Shown here: positions 7,862 to 18,673 of the stretch, piece by piece
Position numbering within the stretch: the first letter of the stretch is position 1
Layout: every line of letters begins with the position of its first letter
NCBI GenBank assembly: GCA_025355565.1
Contig: JANXZK010000010.1
Location: forward strand, 6,543-70,542
Source: a bacterium
GTDB taxonomy: Bacteria; Patescibacteriota; Minisyncoccia; Phycocordibacterales; PALSA-1337
Direction: 5' to 3'
DNA: 64,000 nt
Made by a program: the position numbers and the translations under genes
The notes under the pieces: generated by a model
Databases searched by the model: none
Seen by the model: the letters and a program-made list of their open reading frames with translations, nothing else
What the model was told of the DNA's origin: nothing

Positions 7862-9175
7862 TCAAAGCGCAGGCAAATATGACAATGGATTCAGATACGC
7901 TCTATAATCCGCCACAGGGATCGTCGCGCCTTTACAGTTCTTACTATTGTTGAACTTCTTGATCTCGACACCATCAGATGCGTAAACGCCAAAGTGCAGA
8001 TGAGGACCAGTAGAATAGCCTGTGTTGCCGCTATAGCCTATGATCTCTCCAGTCGTAATCTTGTCGCCGATCGTCACAGATCGGACTGAAAGGTGCCCGT
8101 ATAGTGTCGAGAGACCATTTCCATGCTTGATCATCAGCCATTGACCATATGAGTAACAACCTCGGACCAGATCAGTATTCGATGATCCGATGATCGTGCC
8201 TGACAGCGCAGCCTTGACTGGAGTACCTATCGAAGCGCGAAAATCGACTCCCGTGTGCCCTTTTCCATTATAGATTTGAGGATTGGCAGTAGCAAAGTCA
8301 GTGTTGCCGAAATACTGCGTTATCTTTACGGTCGAGAGCGGCCAGATCAGGACTCCGGAACCGGTACCAGGCAACTTTGAAGAGTCGACTATCAGCCTTA
8401 GCTGTGATTCATAGCTACTGAGTTCATCCTGGAAAGCCGCTTCTTCCATCTTCTTTCTGGCGAGAAGCGCCTTGTAAGAGCTCTCAGAATTTTTAGTTTC
8501 TCTGAGCAGAGAATTTTGCTCGGCAACCGTCGAAAGGACGACTTTTCTCTGGTCTGCTAGCTGTTGATTCAATGACAATAGATCGGCCTTGGCTTTCTCG
8601 CTGGCTGATCTGTTTACTTCAAGTCGGCTTTTGTCTTTGTTCAGTGTTGTGATCGTGTTAAAGACATTTTTCTGGACCAACGAGAGCTCATTCAAAGTGT
8701 TGAGAACGTCTGAGATCGATCTACTGCCAAGAATGATGTTGGTGATCGTCGAATTTCCCTCTCGGTCGAGTTGCATGAATGACTGGGTGATGATCCGCCG
8801 ATCTTCGCTGATGTTGCTCTGCTTGGTCACGATCTCTGATCCTAGTTGCTGGATCTCGAAGCTTTTTGTAGCTATCTTGTCCTGTGTTACGGTGATGTTC
8901 GCCTCGAGCTTCTTTTGGGTCAATTGCAACGACTTGATAGTCGATGAAAGCGAGTCCGCCTGGGTGCCTAGGTCGTCGATCTGTGATTGGTATTTCTTTA
9001 TCTCGACTTCGAGGTTTTTGATATCCAAGTTTCTCTGGTCGATCTTGGACTGGAGCTCATCGGCGGTTTGCGCCGCGACATTTTGAATAGTTGCGGATAT
9101 AAGGAATGAAGCATTAAGTATGAGCACGGCGATAGTTATCTTCAAAGCGTTTATGCCAAATACTTTATATTTCAT
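7862..9175 (-). CDS. M23 (LytM) peptidoglycan metalloendopeptidase with a long N-terminal coiled coil (EnvC-like)
   Basis: HTGVDF…GTPVKAALSGTI…YGHLS…GYSGNTGYSTGPHLHFGVY (HxxxD and HxH motifs). Signal/TM at the N-terminus, coiled coil over aa 40-260. Confidence 0.85.
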   Translation of the reverse strand: MKYKVFGINALKITIAVLILNASFLISATIQNVAAQTADELQSKIDQRNLDIKNLEVEIKKYQSQIDDLGTQADSLSSTIKSLQLTQKKLEANITVTQDKIATKSFEIQQLGSEIVTKQSNISEDRRIITQSFMQLDREGNSTITNIILGSRSISDVLNTLNELSLVQKNVFNTITTLNKDKSRLEVNRSASEKAKADLLSLNQQLADQRKVVLSTVAEQNSLLRETKNSESSYKALLARKKMEEAAFQDELSSYESQLRLIVDSSKLPGTGSGVLIWPLSTVKITQYFGNTDFATANPQIYNGKGHTGVDFRASIGTPVKAALSGTIIGSSNTDLVRGCYSYGQWLMIKHGNGLSTLYGHLSVRSVTIGDKITTGEIIGYSGNTGYSTGPHLHFGVYASDGVEIKKFNNSKNCKGATIPVADYRAYLNPLSYLPAL

Positions 9176-9187
9176 ACTTAATACTGC

Positions 9188-10564
9188 CTAGGCAGCTGTT
9201 TGGAGCATCTCTATGGCCACATCTATCCTCTTCAGACTCTCTGCTTTTCCGAGTACGGAGGCGCAAGTGAATGGGTCTGGTGACTTTTCTTGGCCGGTTA
9301 GTGACATACGCAGCGGCCACAACACATCGCCTCGGCCATTTGCCTCGGCGTAAGGCCAGATAGCAGCTTTCAGATCTTCAGCGGTGAACGACTCCCCTAC
9401 CATTTCGTACAATATCCGACGGCATTCATCGAGATGTTTCCACGCCGCTTCCCTGCTGGGATTTTTCTTCCAGAAAAGTTGCGGAGTAGAATATTTTTGT
9501 ATCTCTCGAACAAATGCAAGCTCGCCTATTTTTCCATCGATCATCGTGACATCGAGCAGATCACGGATCTCACCAAAGCAGACTATTTTCTCTCTGAGTA
9601 GCGGCAAAAGCCTCGCAAATAGATCACTTTCGATTTTGAGCCAATCTGGCAGAAAAGGTTTGGCATATCCGATGAAATCACTATCTGATAATTTGGTTAT
9701 GTACTGTTTGTTGAACCAACGGAGCTTTTCTTCATCGAAAATCGCACCGCTTTTTTGAACACGATCAAGTGAGAATTGCTCGATGATCTGTGGCAATGTC
9801 AGAAGTTCCTGATCATCGGCAGGATGCCATCCGAGGAGCGCCATGTAGTTGACGATAGCTTCTGGTAGGAATCCTTTTTCGCGATATGAACTGATCGGCT
9901 GAGCGCCGTGTCTTTTGGACAATTTTGAACGATCTGATGCGAGAAGTAGCGGTATATGTGCAAACAATGGTATCGGTGCCCCTATCGCTTCGTAGATGAG
10001 GATTTGTCTAGGTGTATTTGATATATGGTCTTCACCACGGATGATGTGAGTCATACCCATTTCATAGTCATCGACGACATTAACGAGGTGAAACACCGGT
10101 TCTTCCATGCTCCTCGCAATGACGAAGTCTTTGAGATCTGTGGTGTCGAATTCTATTCGTCCTCTTATTAAATCCTCGAAGGCTACAATCTTGTTCGGGT
10201 TCTTGAAGCGGATCACTTCTGTTCTATCTCCTGGCTCTTTTGGCGTTTCTTTGGAGATATACGCATGACCGGAGTCGATCAATTGCTTGATATATTTTTT
10301 GTATATCTCCGTGCGTTCTGATTGCTTGTAATATTCGTCGTATGATAGACCCATCCATTTCAAGCTATCGATGATGTTATCCTCATATTCTTTCTTTGAT
10401 CTTTCTTTGTCGGTATCTTCTATGCGAAGGATAAATTTGCCCTTCTTTTGTCTGGCAAATATATATGCAAATAGCGCCGTTCTATAGCTGCCGGCATGGA
10501 AAAGGCCTGTCGGTGAAGGCGCAAAGCGGGTTATGATGGGATTTGTCTGTCCTTGAGTATTCAT
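9188..10564 (-). CDS. gltX: Glutamyl-tRNA synthetase
   Basis: RFAPSPTGLFHAGSYRTALF (HIGH region) and KLSKRHG (KMSKS). Confidence 0.9.
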   Translation of the reverse strand: MNTQGQTNPIITRFAPSPTGLFHAGSYRTALFAYIFARQKKGKFILRIEDTDKERSKKEYEDNIIDSLKWMGLSYDEYYKQSERTEIYKKYIKQLIDSGHAYISKETPKEPGDRTEVIRFKNPNKIVAFEDLIRGRIEFDTTDLKDFVIARSMEEPVFHLVNVVDDYEMGMTHIIRGEDHISNTPRQILIYEAIGAPIPLFAHIPLLLASDRSKLSKRHGAQPISSYREKGFLPEAIVNYMALLGWHPADDQELLTLPQIIEQFSLDRVQKSGAIFDEEKLRWFNKQYITKLSDSDFIGYAKPFLPDWLKIESDLFARLLPLLREKIVCFGEIRDLLDVTMIDGKIGELAFVREIQKYSTPQLFWKKNPSREAAWKHLDECRRILYEMVGESFTAEDLKAAIWPYAEANGRGDVLWPLRMSLTGQEKSPDPFTCASVLGKAESLKRIDVAIEMLQTAA

Positions 10565-10579
10565 AATAATAGTATAGCA

Positions 10580-10603
10580 GAAAAGCGCAGTTTTGCCTGC
10601 GCC
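10580..10603 (-). terminator. Rho-independent terminator of the upstream minus-strand ORF
   Basis: Minus-strand read: GCGCAGgcaaaaCTGCGCttttct. Confidence 0.5.
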
Positions 10604-10631
10604 TTCTGTTTACTGATTACAGTTTACTGCT

Positions 10632-11138
10632 CTACCCTTTTAGATTGATATCAGCTGTTGCAGAAGCGTGGAATATCTTCATGATGATATTGCCGTTTGC
10701 GTCTTTCAGAGGAACATCTGTAACGACGTTAAATGTCGGCTTACCATCATCAGTGTAGATGACTGCGTAATATGTGCCACCTTCAACTGTTGGTTTGGTC
10801 AATGTAACCTTGCCTGGATTGATACCCTTAGCGAAATGTAGAGAACCGAGGATCGCTCCTGGTTGTCCGCCGTTATCAGCTTGGATGACGACCCATGATG
10901 GGTTCTCAACCTGTACTGATGATAGGTAGACGACGTTGCCCGGGTATTGATCTGACATGACGATGCGGTTCAGAGCCGGTGTACCAGTCTGATCGGTGAC
11001 TGGATTCTGATCAGAGAGGTCTGTTGTGCCAGACTTGCTTCCGCCGAATACTAGTATACCGATAACTATAAGGGCGACGATGACGATGACTGTTACTACC
11101 CATTGCCATGTTTTAACGCCTGATGATTGTGGTTCCAT
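10632..11138 (-). CDS. Hypothetical membrane-anchored protein (N-terminal TM, beta-rich extracytoplasmic domain)
   Basis: TM WQWVVTVIVIVALIVIGILVF. Its own terminator lies downstream. Confidence 0.6.
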   Translation of the reverse strand: MEPQSSGVKTWQWVVTVIVIVALIVIGILVFGGSKSGTTDLSDQNPVTDQTGTPALNRIVMSDQYPGNVVYLSSVQVENPSWVVIQADNGGQPGAILGSLHFAKGINPGKVTLTKPTVEGGTYYAVIYTDDGKPTFNVVTDVPLKDANGNIIMKIFHASATADINLKG

Positions 11139-11263
11139 GTGTTTAATAATGATGATTAAGGTTGCTAATGTCGACTTGTTTTTAGACTATTAGTATAACA
11201 CATAAATGGTGTCGGATTGCAATAGTCTCCAAAATAGTCTCTCAAATAGCCAGTGATCACAGG

Positions 11264-12397
11264 CTATCTCTCATGCTGGAGAGCCATATTCAAGATCGCG
11301 TCAGCTATCACGTTAGCGCTATCGGTCCTGGCGAAGGCCTTGGCTTGGATCTTCATGGTTTCCTTGATCTTTGGCGAATTGTAGATGCGGTCGATCTCTT
11401 CTATGAGGATATGCGAGCTCAGATTGTTCTCCTCGATCGCCGACGCGGCACCAGATTCTGCATATGCGAAAGCGTTAGCAGTTTGATCATGACTCACGCT
11501 ATTCGGCAATGGGATGATGATCGATGGTATGCCCCATGCGGCGATCTCGAATATCGTCGAACCAGCACGGGAAACGATGATATCGGCGACGCCGGCAGAC
11601 ATACGCAAGGCGAGCTCATTCAAATAGTCAAATGGATGATAGCGATATCCGTAAGGGTGGTCTTTCAAGATGACTTTTGAGGTGGATACGATCTCCTCTA
11701 GGTTGTTCTTCCCTGTCTGGTGGATGATCTGATATCTATTTAAAAGTTCTGGTAACCCCTCGATGATACAGTCATTGATATTCTGTGAGCCTTGCGAGCC
11801 GCCCAAGATCAAGATGACTGGTGTTTTTTCCTCCAAATTCAAGAACTCATGCGCGCCATTTGTTAGTGGTATGACGATCTCACGTCTGATCGGATTGCCG
11901 GTAAGGGCGACACGATCTCCATGTTTGGTAAAATAATGAGCCGCGTCAGGATATGAGACGGCGATCTTCTTGGCAAATTTACCTGCCCAGCTACTCACCA
12001 TTCCTGGTTTGCTGTCTGATTCGTGGATGATGACTGGGATCTTCAGGATCCTGGCGGCGAACAATGCCGGGAAGCTGGCAAAGCCGCCTTTGGCGAATAC
12101 GACATCTGGAAAAATGGAATACATCTTGGAAATAGCCATCACACATCCTGTAGCAGTCTTGAATAGGTCAGTGACATTCAATATGGAAAAATAGCGACGT
12201 ATTTTCCCGGCCGGTACTTGGATGAATTCGAGCTCGTTGTCGAAAAGTGCCCGTGCGTTGTATTTGCTCGGTGCCATGTAGTACAGAGTTGGTGGTATGA
12301 TCTTGCGTTCTTTGCACCTCTCGCGGATAGCTTCTGCTACAGCCATGAGTGGATAGAAGTGTCCGCCTGTTCCGCCGCCTGCAAATAGGATTTTCAT
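11264..12397 (-). CDS. murG: MurG, UDP-GlcNAc:lipid I N-acetylglucosaminyltransferase
   Basis: MKILFAGGGTGGHFYPLMAVAEAI. GT28 N- and C-terminal domains. Confidence 0.9.
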   Translation of the reverse strand: MKILFAGGGTGGHFYPLMAVAEAIRERCKERKIIPPTLYYMAPSKYNARALFDNELEFIQVPAGKIRRYFSILNVTDLFKTATGCVMAISKMYSIFPDVVFAKGGFASFPALFAARILKIPVIIHESDSKPGMVSSWAGKFAKKIAVSYPDAAHYFTKHGDRVALTGNPIRREIVIPLTNGAHEFLNLEEKTPVILILGGSQGSQNINDCIIEGLPELLNRYQIIHQTGKNNLEEIVSTSKVILKDHPYGYRYHPFDYLNELALRMSAGVADIIVSRAGSTIFEIAAWGIPSIIIPLPNSVSHDQTANAFAYAESGAASAIEENNLSSHILIEEIDRIYNSPKIKETMKIQAKAFARTDSANVIADAILNMALQHER

Positions 12398-12505
12398 AGT
12401 AGTTTAATCATAGCAACAAATGCTAAACAGTTAAAGCCCGGTCCGGTAAGATTGACGTCCTCGGACGTGCTCCGAGGACGGGTAGCCAGCGATCTTACTG
12501 GCATA

Positions 12506-15025
12506 TTAACTAGTTACAATGCTCACCAATCTATTCGGAACAACGACTATCTTCTTTATCGTTTTGCCATCAAGCCACTTTTGAATATCTGGTAAAGCCG
12601 TCGCTGTCTGCTCCAATCGGTCCTGCGGTGAGTCGTTTGGAGCCATAAATCGTCCGCGCATCTTGCCATTTACCTGCACCATGATACGGACATCGTCATC
12701 TACAATTATCATAGGATCATATGCAGGCCAAGCAGAGATGTGAATGGATTTCTTATTTCCAAGTAGATTCCAAAGCTCATCAGTTATGTGAGGTGCAAAC
12801 GGCGCGAGGATCCTGAGGAATAGCTCGAATTGTTCTTTCGTTATCGCTTCGGCATCGTCTATCTCATTGACAGCTATCATCAGTGAGCTTATGGCTGTGT
12901 TGAATTTCAGTCCTTGAATGTCTTCAGTGACTTTCTTGATGGTTTTGTGAAGTGTCTTTAGCAAAGTAACTTCTGTGTCAGTTACTTTGCTAAGAAGTTT
13001 CCAAACTTTCTCAATGAACCTCCTTGCGCCGACCATACTATCGGTGCTCCATGAGATTTGCTGATCGAATGGGCCCATGAACATCTCATAAATGCGCAAA
13101 GTATCCGCGCCAAATCTGGCAACGATCTCGTCTGGATTCACGACGTTACCAAACCTCTTGGACATCTTGCGGCCATCCTCACCCATAATGAGACCTACGC
13201 TTTGCAGTTTGATGAATGGTTCAATAGTCGAGACGACGCCAATGTCGTATAGGAATTTGTGCCAGAAACGTGCATAGATGAGATGTCGTGTCGCATGTTC
13301 AGCTCCGCCAATATATAGATCGACCGATGACCAATATTTCTCTTTCTTTGGATCGACGAGTGCCCGTTTGTTCTTTGGATCCATGTAGCGTAAGTAATAC
13401 CACGAAGAACCTGCCCATTGTGGCATCGTATTCGTCTCGCGCTTGGCTTTGCCTTTACATTTAGGACACTTTACATTGACCCATTTTGCGATCGCCGCCA
13501 AAGGAGATTCTCCGGTTCCTGTTGGCTCGTAGGATTTTACTCTCGGTAATTTTACGGGTAGATCCTTTTCAGGAACTGGCACAGTGCCACATTTTTCGCA
13601 ATGGATGACTGGTATAGGCTCACCCCAATATCTCTGGCGGGAAAATACCCAGTCGCGTAGCTTGTATTTCGTCACCCATTTGCCGCCAACGGATTCAGTG
13701 ATCTCTTTTTTGACTGAGTTTGATTCACGTCCGTCGAATTTGTCGGAGCCGATCAAGAATCCGTCACCTGTAAATGAATACTTCGATTCGTCTGATAGAC
13801 CTTTCCTTTCTGGCGCAATGACATGTTTTATAGGTAATCCGAACTTTTTTGCGAATTCCCAATCTCTCTCATCGTGCGCGGGAACCGCCATGACGGCACC
13901 TGTCCCATAGTCAGCCAATACATAATCTGATATCCAGACAGGAACTTCTTCGTTATTGGCGGGATTCACGGCTCGGATTCCTTTCAATTCCACACCAGTT
14001 TTTTCTTTTTTGACGTCTGTTCTCTCGATCTCTGTTTCCAGCTTTGACGAAGCGATGTAGTCGGTCACTTCCTTCTTGTTGCTGACATGCGTCAAGAGCT
14101 CCGCAACCCATTTGTGTTCCGGTGCAATGACGACATATGTGACGCCAAATAATGTGTCAGGTCTGGTGGTGAAGACTTCGATATCTTTTAAATGTTTGGC
14201 GTTTGGCGTTTGGTTATTAATGGTCGGAAACTTGATTAGTGCCCCCTCGCTTCTCCCTATCCAATTCCTCTGCGCTTCCTTGATGGATTCTGGCCAATCG
14301 AGGAGAGGCATCTGATAATCAGCGGCATCCAGATCCGAGAGTAATCTATCGGCATAATCTGTGATCTTCAAAACCCACTGCTTCATCGATTTTTTCTCAA
14401 CTAGCGCGCCACATCTCTCACAGCGGCCGTTTTCTATGTCTTCATTGGCAAGACCTGTCTTGTCTACCGGGCACCAATTGATCGGTTCATATGATTCGAA
14501 AGCCAGACCTCTCTCAAGTAATTGCAAGAATATCCATTGTGTCCATTTGTAATATGCCGGGTCAGTTGTATTGATCTCGCGCGACCAATCATAGTCGAGT
14601 CCTATTATTTCTAATTGCTTCTTGAACCGCGAGACATTTTTCGTGACCGCATCAGCCGGATTCACTTTCATCTTGATAGCATAGTTCTCTGCTGGCAGGC
14701 CGAATGCATCGAAGCCCATCGGATGTAGGACCGAGTGACCCTGCATTCTCTTCATGCGGGAAACGACATCGGTGGCTATGTAACCTTTCGGATGTCCGAC
14801 ATGGAGACCTTCACCTGATGGGTATGGAAACATATCGAGAACATAGTATTTGTCACGACCCGTATTTTTGCCTTTTTGTGCGTTCTTGTAGGTTGATTTC
14901 GCTGATTCCCGTGATTTGTATATTTTCGAGGATGCCCACTTCTTTTGCCACTTCTTTTCCAGAATCAAATGGTTGTATGGTTGTGCAGGTTTTGTCTGTT
15001 TGACTATGTTTGCGTCATTTTTCAT
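12506..15025 (-). CDS. leuS: Leucyl-tRNA synthetase
   Basis: PYPSGEGLHVGHPKGY (HIGH) and KMSKRFGN (KMSKS). Editing and anticodon-binding domains present. Confidence 0.95.
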   Translation of the reverse strand: MKNDANIVKQTKPAQPYNHLILEKKWQKKWASSKIYKSRESAKSTYKNAQKGKNTGRDKYYVLDMFPYPSGEGLHVGHPKGYIATDVVSRMKRMQGHSVLHPMGFDAFGLPAENYAIKMKVNPADAVTKNVSRFKKQLEIIGLDYDWSREINTTDPAYYKWTQWIFLQLLERGLAFESYEPINWCPVDKTGLANEDIENGRCERCGALVEKKSMKQWVLKITDYADRLLSDLDAADYQMPLLDWPESIKEAQRNWIGRSEGALIKFPTINNQTPNAKHLKDIEVFTTRPDTLFGVTYVVIAPEHKWVAELLTHVSNKKEVTDYIASSKLETEIERTDVKKEKTGVELKGIRAVNPANNEEVPVWISDYVLADYGTGAVMAVPAHDERDWEFAKKFGLPIKHVIAPERKGLSDESKYSFTGDGFLIGSDKFDGRESNSVKKEITESVGGKWVTKYKLRDWVFSRQRYWGEPIPVIHCEKCGTVPVPEKDLPVKLPRVKSYEPTGTGESPLAAIAKWVNVKCPKCKGKAKRETNTMPQWAGSSWYYLRYMDPKNKRALVDPKKEKYWSSVDLYIGGAEHATRHLIYARFWHKFLYDIGVVSTIEPFIKLQSVGLIMGEDGRKMSKRFGNVVNPDEIVARFGADTLRIYEMFMGPFDQQISWSTDSMVGARRFIEKVWKLLSKVTDTEVTLLKTLHKTIKKVTEDIQGLKFNTAISSLMIAVNEIDDAEAITKEQFELFLRILAPFAPHITDELWNLLGNKKSIHISAWPAYDPMIIVDDDVRIMVQVNGKMRGRFMAPNDSPQDRLEQTATALPDIQKWLDGKTIKKIVVVPNRLVSIVTS

Positions 15026-15532
15026 ACGTTGAATGATAACGCAGAAAGGTTAAATATACAAAAAAAGCCGGCCCCATCGAAGGTGCCGGTGCTCGGTGTT
15101 GACGCGTTCAGTGACTGGTGGTTAGCTCAGTGGATGATCTATGACCACGCACCTTATCAAGAAGATGCACCAGCCGATGATCGATATAATGAGCAAAATA
15201 TCAAAGATGTGCCGGCTTCCCGGCATCGCATCTATATTCGGGTGTGCTGAGATGTGATTCGCGTAATCACTGAGGAAGTGGAATTTGACTCCTCCTCCGT
15301 CATCAAACCCGTCTCGAAACCGACGTTCTCTACGTGTGTGCCTATATGACATGTTCAACACTCACTTTCTTTGGTTAAATTTTCATTGGACTTCTTACAT
15401 ATCATACAATGATCTGTTTAATAGTGCAAGGGAAGCGCATTCTCCAATCTATGCTACAATAGTCCTGAAAGGAGAACTTTTATGGATGGCAACTAACTTA
15501 TTGGCACTCTAAATGGGCGCATTTTCTTTTTC

Positions 15533-16696
15533 CTAAACCTTAAACTCTATCACTTCCCCATCCTTGACCACATACTCCTTACCTTCGGTGCGCAGGAGAC
15601 CTTTTTCTCGAGCCGCGGCATAGGAGCCAGCCGCCAATAACTTGTCCCATTCGATGATCTCCGCACGAACGAATTTGTCCTTGAAATCAGTGTGGATAGC
15701 CGTGCCAGCTTCTGGTGCTGTCCAGCCTTTTTGTATCGTCCAAGCTCTCGTTTCGTCAGTACCAGTAGTAAAGTATGTAATCAATCCGAGCAAACTGTAG
15801 CCCATCTTTATAAGCTCATTCACACCGTCATTGTGTACGATTTTTTTATCGCTTGAATTGATAATAGTGGAGTTTTGCGTGCCCACCGAATCATTCAACA
15901 TATCTCGCATCTCCATTTTTTCCAGCTCGTCGAGATCCTTGAGCTCTTGTTCTATTCCAGCATCGACGATAACATGTTTTGCTCCGGTATCAGCAAAGAA
16001 TTTATGCAACCTTTCCCAACGAGGATCCATCTCGCCACCCATCGGCTCGTCCAGATTCTTCGCGCCAGCTTTCTTGTTGAGTACATACAGGAATGGTTTT
16101 GCCGTGATGAGACAGAGCATGCGAAGGAATGGCTGTTCATATTCATCCGCTATGATAGTTGAGGCCACCTTCCCCGCTTCCAATGTTTTGAGGAGTTTTT
16201 CGATCAATCCATGTTCGATGACGGCTTCCTTCTTACCCGCCTTGAATTCTTTACCGATAGATATTTTGCGCTTGGAAACGGTTTGGAGATCGGCAAGTAC
16301 TAGCTCTAGATTGATCACCTCGATGTCTTTCAATGGATCTATGGTCCCGTCAACATGGATCACGTTGTCATCTTCGAATATACGCACGACTTCCGCGATC
16401 GCATCTGTTTCGCGTATATGTGAGAGGAATTGGTTGCCGAGTCCCTCACCTTCTGAGGCACCTTTTACCAGACCGGCGATATCGGTAAATTGGACAGCGG
16501 CCGGCACGGTTTTGGCGGATTTTGAAAAGTCTGTAAGTTTTTGCAGGCGTTCATCTGGTACGGCAACTACTCCAACTGACGGGTCGATGGTACAGAATGG
16601 ATAGTTCTCTGCCGGGACTGATTTCTTTGTGAGTGCGTTAAAAAGCGTTGATTTACCAACGTTCGGAAGTCCAACGATACCGATGGATAGAGACAT
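15533..16696 (-). CDS. ychF: YchF/OLA1 ribosome-binding ATPase (Obg family) with a C-terminal TGS domain
   Basis: GIVGLPNVGKSTLFNALT, then …DIAGLVKGASEGEGLGNQFL…, and the C-terminus …EYVVKDGEVIEFKV. Confidence 0.85.
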   Translation of the reverse strand: MSLSIGIVGLPNVGKSTLFNALTKKSVPAENYPFCTIDPSVGVVAVPDERLQKLTDFSKSAKTVPAAVQFTDIAGLVKGASEGEGLGNQFLSHIRETDAIAEVVRIFEDDNVIHVDGTIDPLKDIEVINLELVLADLQTVSKRKISIGKEFKAGKKEAVIEHGLIEKLLKTLEAGKVASTIIADEYEQPFLRMLCLITAKPFLYVLNKKAGAKNLDEPMGGEMDPRWERLHKFFADTGAKHVIVDAGIEQELKDLDELEKMEMRDMLNDSVGTQNSTIINSSDKKIVHNDGVNELIKMGYSLLGLITYFTTGTDETRAWTIQKGWTAPEAGTAIHTDFKDKFVRAEIIEWDKLLAAGSYAAAREKGLLRTEGKEYVVKDGEVIEFKV

Positions 16697-16833
16697 GAAA
16701 GAAGTATGTCATCATTTGGCACTTTCATCAAATGATATGACATATTTTCCATTTTATGCTAATTTTACCGCAAGTCAGTTCTTTGAGGCAATTAATGCAC
16801 TTTGCTTCATTAACATAGTTTGAGAGGAATATT

Positions 16834-17127
16834 ATGAATACTATTATTGCGGTTACCTCGATCACCTTCGGAGTTACGATCATCGTCTACGCGCTGGTTG
16901 GCGAGCTCTTGACCATCGGTGAGTGTCAGAGAACCACTAAACGGTTGTTGCGTATCAGTTTATGGCTGATGTTGATCGGCGGTGGCATGTTGAGCCATAC
17001 TATCGTCATCCTTATCTGTTGCTACATCGGCTGGTGGATTGGTTGGCGGAGTGGTAGTAGGTTCTACCACTGGATGCTAAAGAGGATCTGGCTACCAGCT
17101 GGCGACGTTGCCCCATTCAAACGGTGA
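16834..17127 (+). CDS. Small hypothetical membrane protein (97 aa)
   Basis: Strong SD GAGAGGAA 7 nt before the ATG. Two or three hydrophobic helices. A terminator-like hairpin lies near 17190-17216. Confidence 0.5.
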   Translation: MNTIIAVTSITFGVTIIVYALVGELLTIGECQRTTKRLLRISLWLMLIGGGMLSHTIVILICCYIGWWIGWRSGSRFYHWMLKRIWLPAGDVAPFKR

Positions 17128-17251
17128 TAGTCTATGAAAGGGATGAATGTCGCAGTCAGTGGTTTGATAGATCGTGGCGCGAATCATTGCGGCATCCAAG
17201 AGGGTGCTGCTTTTTTATTGCAAAAATTTTGCGCAGAAAAAAAGACCGAGA

Positions 17252-18673
17252 CTACTCGATCTCCATCGTACCCTTCTCATAGATCTTGAGCGGTAGTGAA
17301 GCTAGGTTTTCAATGATGGGAGTGATGAATCTCCAAGAAGCCATGATTTCTTCGGTCGATGCGAACAATGTCTGGTCGCCAGCGAAGGCGTCACGGAGCA
17401 ATCTCTCGTAGTCATTCGGTATCGCGTCATAGAATGAGGACACATCCGCATATTTGAATCGCAAAGTCTTTGGTTCCACGTCAAAGCCATAGCCAGGCGT
17501 TTTCACATTGAATTTGATCTTGATGCACTCATCAGGTTGGATCCTGAACGTGAGAATATTGGGAAAATCTGTCGAGCTCTTTTTAAATTTCTTGAAGTAG
17601 ATGTCGATCTCTGCTTTTGATTCGGAAAGCGCTTTGCCGCTTTCCAGGAAGAATGGCACACCATTCCACCTAGCGCCGGTGACCTCGGCTCTCACTCGGA
17701 AATATGTTTCCGTATTGGATAGCGGCTTCACTCCCTTTTCCGACAGATAGCCAGCATATTGACCTCTAACAACATGTTGTTTGACTTTTCGCGGAGAGAT
17801 CCTTCGCAATGATTTTAGGATTCTGGCACGTTCCGCGCGGATCTGATCCGCGGAAAAATTGTGAGGGTTATTCATAGCGACGATCGCTAACATTGCCAGA
17901 AGATGATTCTGACCAACGTCCTTTAGTGCGCCAATGGGGTCATAGAATGCGCCACGGTCACCGACTGCATCATTTTCGTACAATTTGATATGCACTTTGT
18001 CGATATACTGCTTGTTCCATATCGGCTCAAACATTGGGTTTGCAAAACGGAATGCTAAGATGTTCTGCAAGGCTTCTTTGGCTAGATAATGGTCGATGCG
18101 GAAAATCTGCTTTTCCTTGAACAATTTACCTAGCATCTTATCGAGCGATCGCGCGGTGTTTATGTCATTACCAAATGGTTTTTCGATGAGTACTCTGGTC
18201 CAGCCGGTCATATCATCGCATGGTAGGGTCAATTTGGAATTTGCCAAATGCGTCAATATTCCCTCGTATAGATCCGGAGGCACGGACAGGTGAAAGATCT
18301 TGTTCGAGCATTGCCCCCAACGGTCATCTATACTTTGGAGACGCAACGACAATCTCTCATATGCTGATGGGTCATTGAATAGCCCTTGTTCATATGTCAT
18401 ATGGTCGAGAAAATGTTTGATATCTTCTTCTCGAAATTGTCCTGGGCGGATGTTCAAATGTTCCCGGATCAGCTCTCGGAATTCCTCCCTACTGAACGCC
18501 CTACGAGAAAATCCCACGATTGCAAAATTTTGCGGCAGCAATTTCTTTGAAAATAATTCGAGCAATGCAGGCAGTAGTTTCCTGCTGGCGAGGTCCCCAG
18601 TGATACCTAGTATCACGAATATCGTCGGGTGTAATGTTACAGGGTCTGTCTGTTTGGGCGGTTGGATAGTCAT
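17252..18673 (-). CDS. zwf: Glucose-6-phosphate 1-dehydrogenase
   Basis: ILGITGDLASRKLLPALLELF (NADP-binding) and RIDHYLAKE (G6PD signature). Confidence 0.9.
   Translation of the reverse strand: MTIQPPKQTDPVTLHPTIFVILGITGDLASRKLLPALLELFSKKLLPQNFAIVGFSRRAFSREEFRELIREHLNIRPGQFREEDIKHFLDHMTYEQGLFNDPSAYERLSLRLQSIDDRWGQCSNKIFHLSVPPDLYEGILTHLANSKLTLPCDDMTGWTRVLIEKPFGNDINTARSLDKMLGKLFKEKQIFRIDHYLAKEALQNILAFRFANPMFEPIWNKQYIDKVHIKLYENDAVGDRGAFYDPIGALKDVGQNHLLAMLAIVAMNNPHNFSADQIRAERARILKSLRRISPRKVKQHVVRGQYAGYLSEKGVKPLSNTETYFRVRAEVTGARWNGVPFFLESGKALSESKAEIDIYFKKFKKSSTDFPNILTFRIQPDECIKIKFNVKTPGYGFDVEPKTLRFKYADVSSFYDAIPNDYERLLRDAFAGDQTLFASTEEIMASWRFITPIIENLASLPLKIYEKGTMEIE

Noticed and set aside
15115-15165. 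tRNA-like stretch TGGTGGTTAGCTCAGTGGATGATCTATGACCACGCACC
   Set aside because: It resembles an acceptor and D-arm, but no anticodon or T-arm can be folded. Probably chance or a very old remnant.
15122-15361. 79-aa minus-strand ORF ending just before a terminator-like hairpin upstream of leuS (about 15060-15095, CCGGCaccttcgatggGGCCGGcttttttt on the minus strand)
   Set aside because: Weak start context (GTG, or ATG with a poor SD). It might be a real small membrane protein, but the evidence is insufficient. The terminator itself looks genuine.
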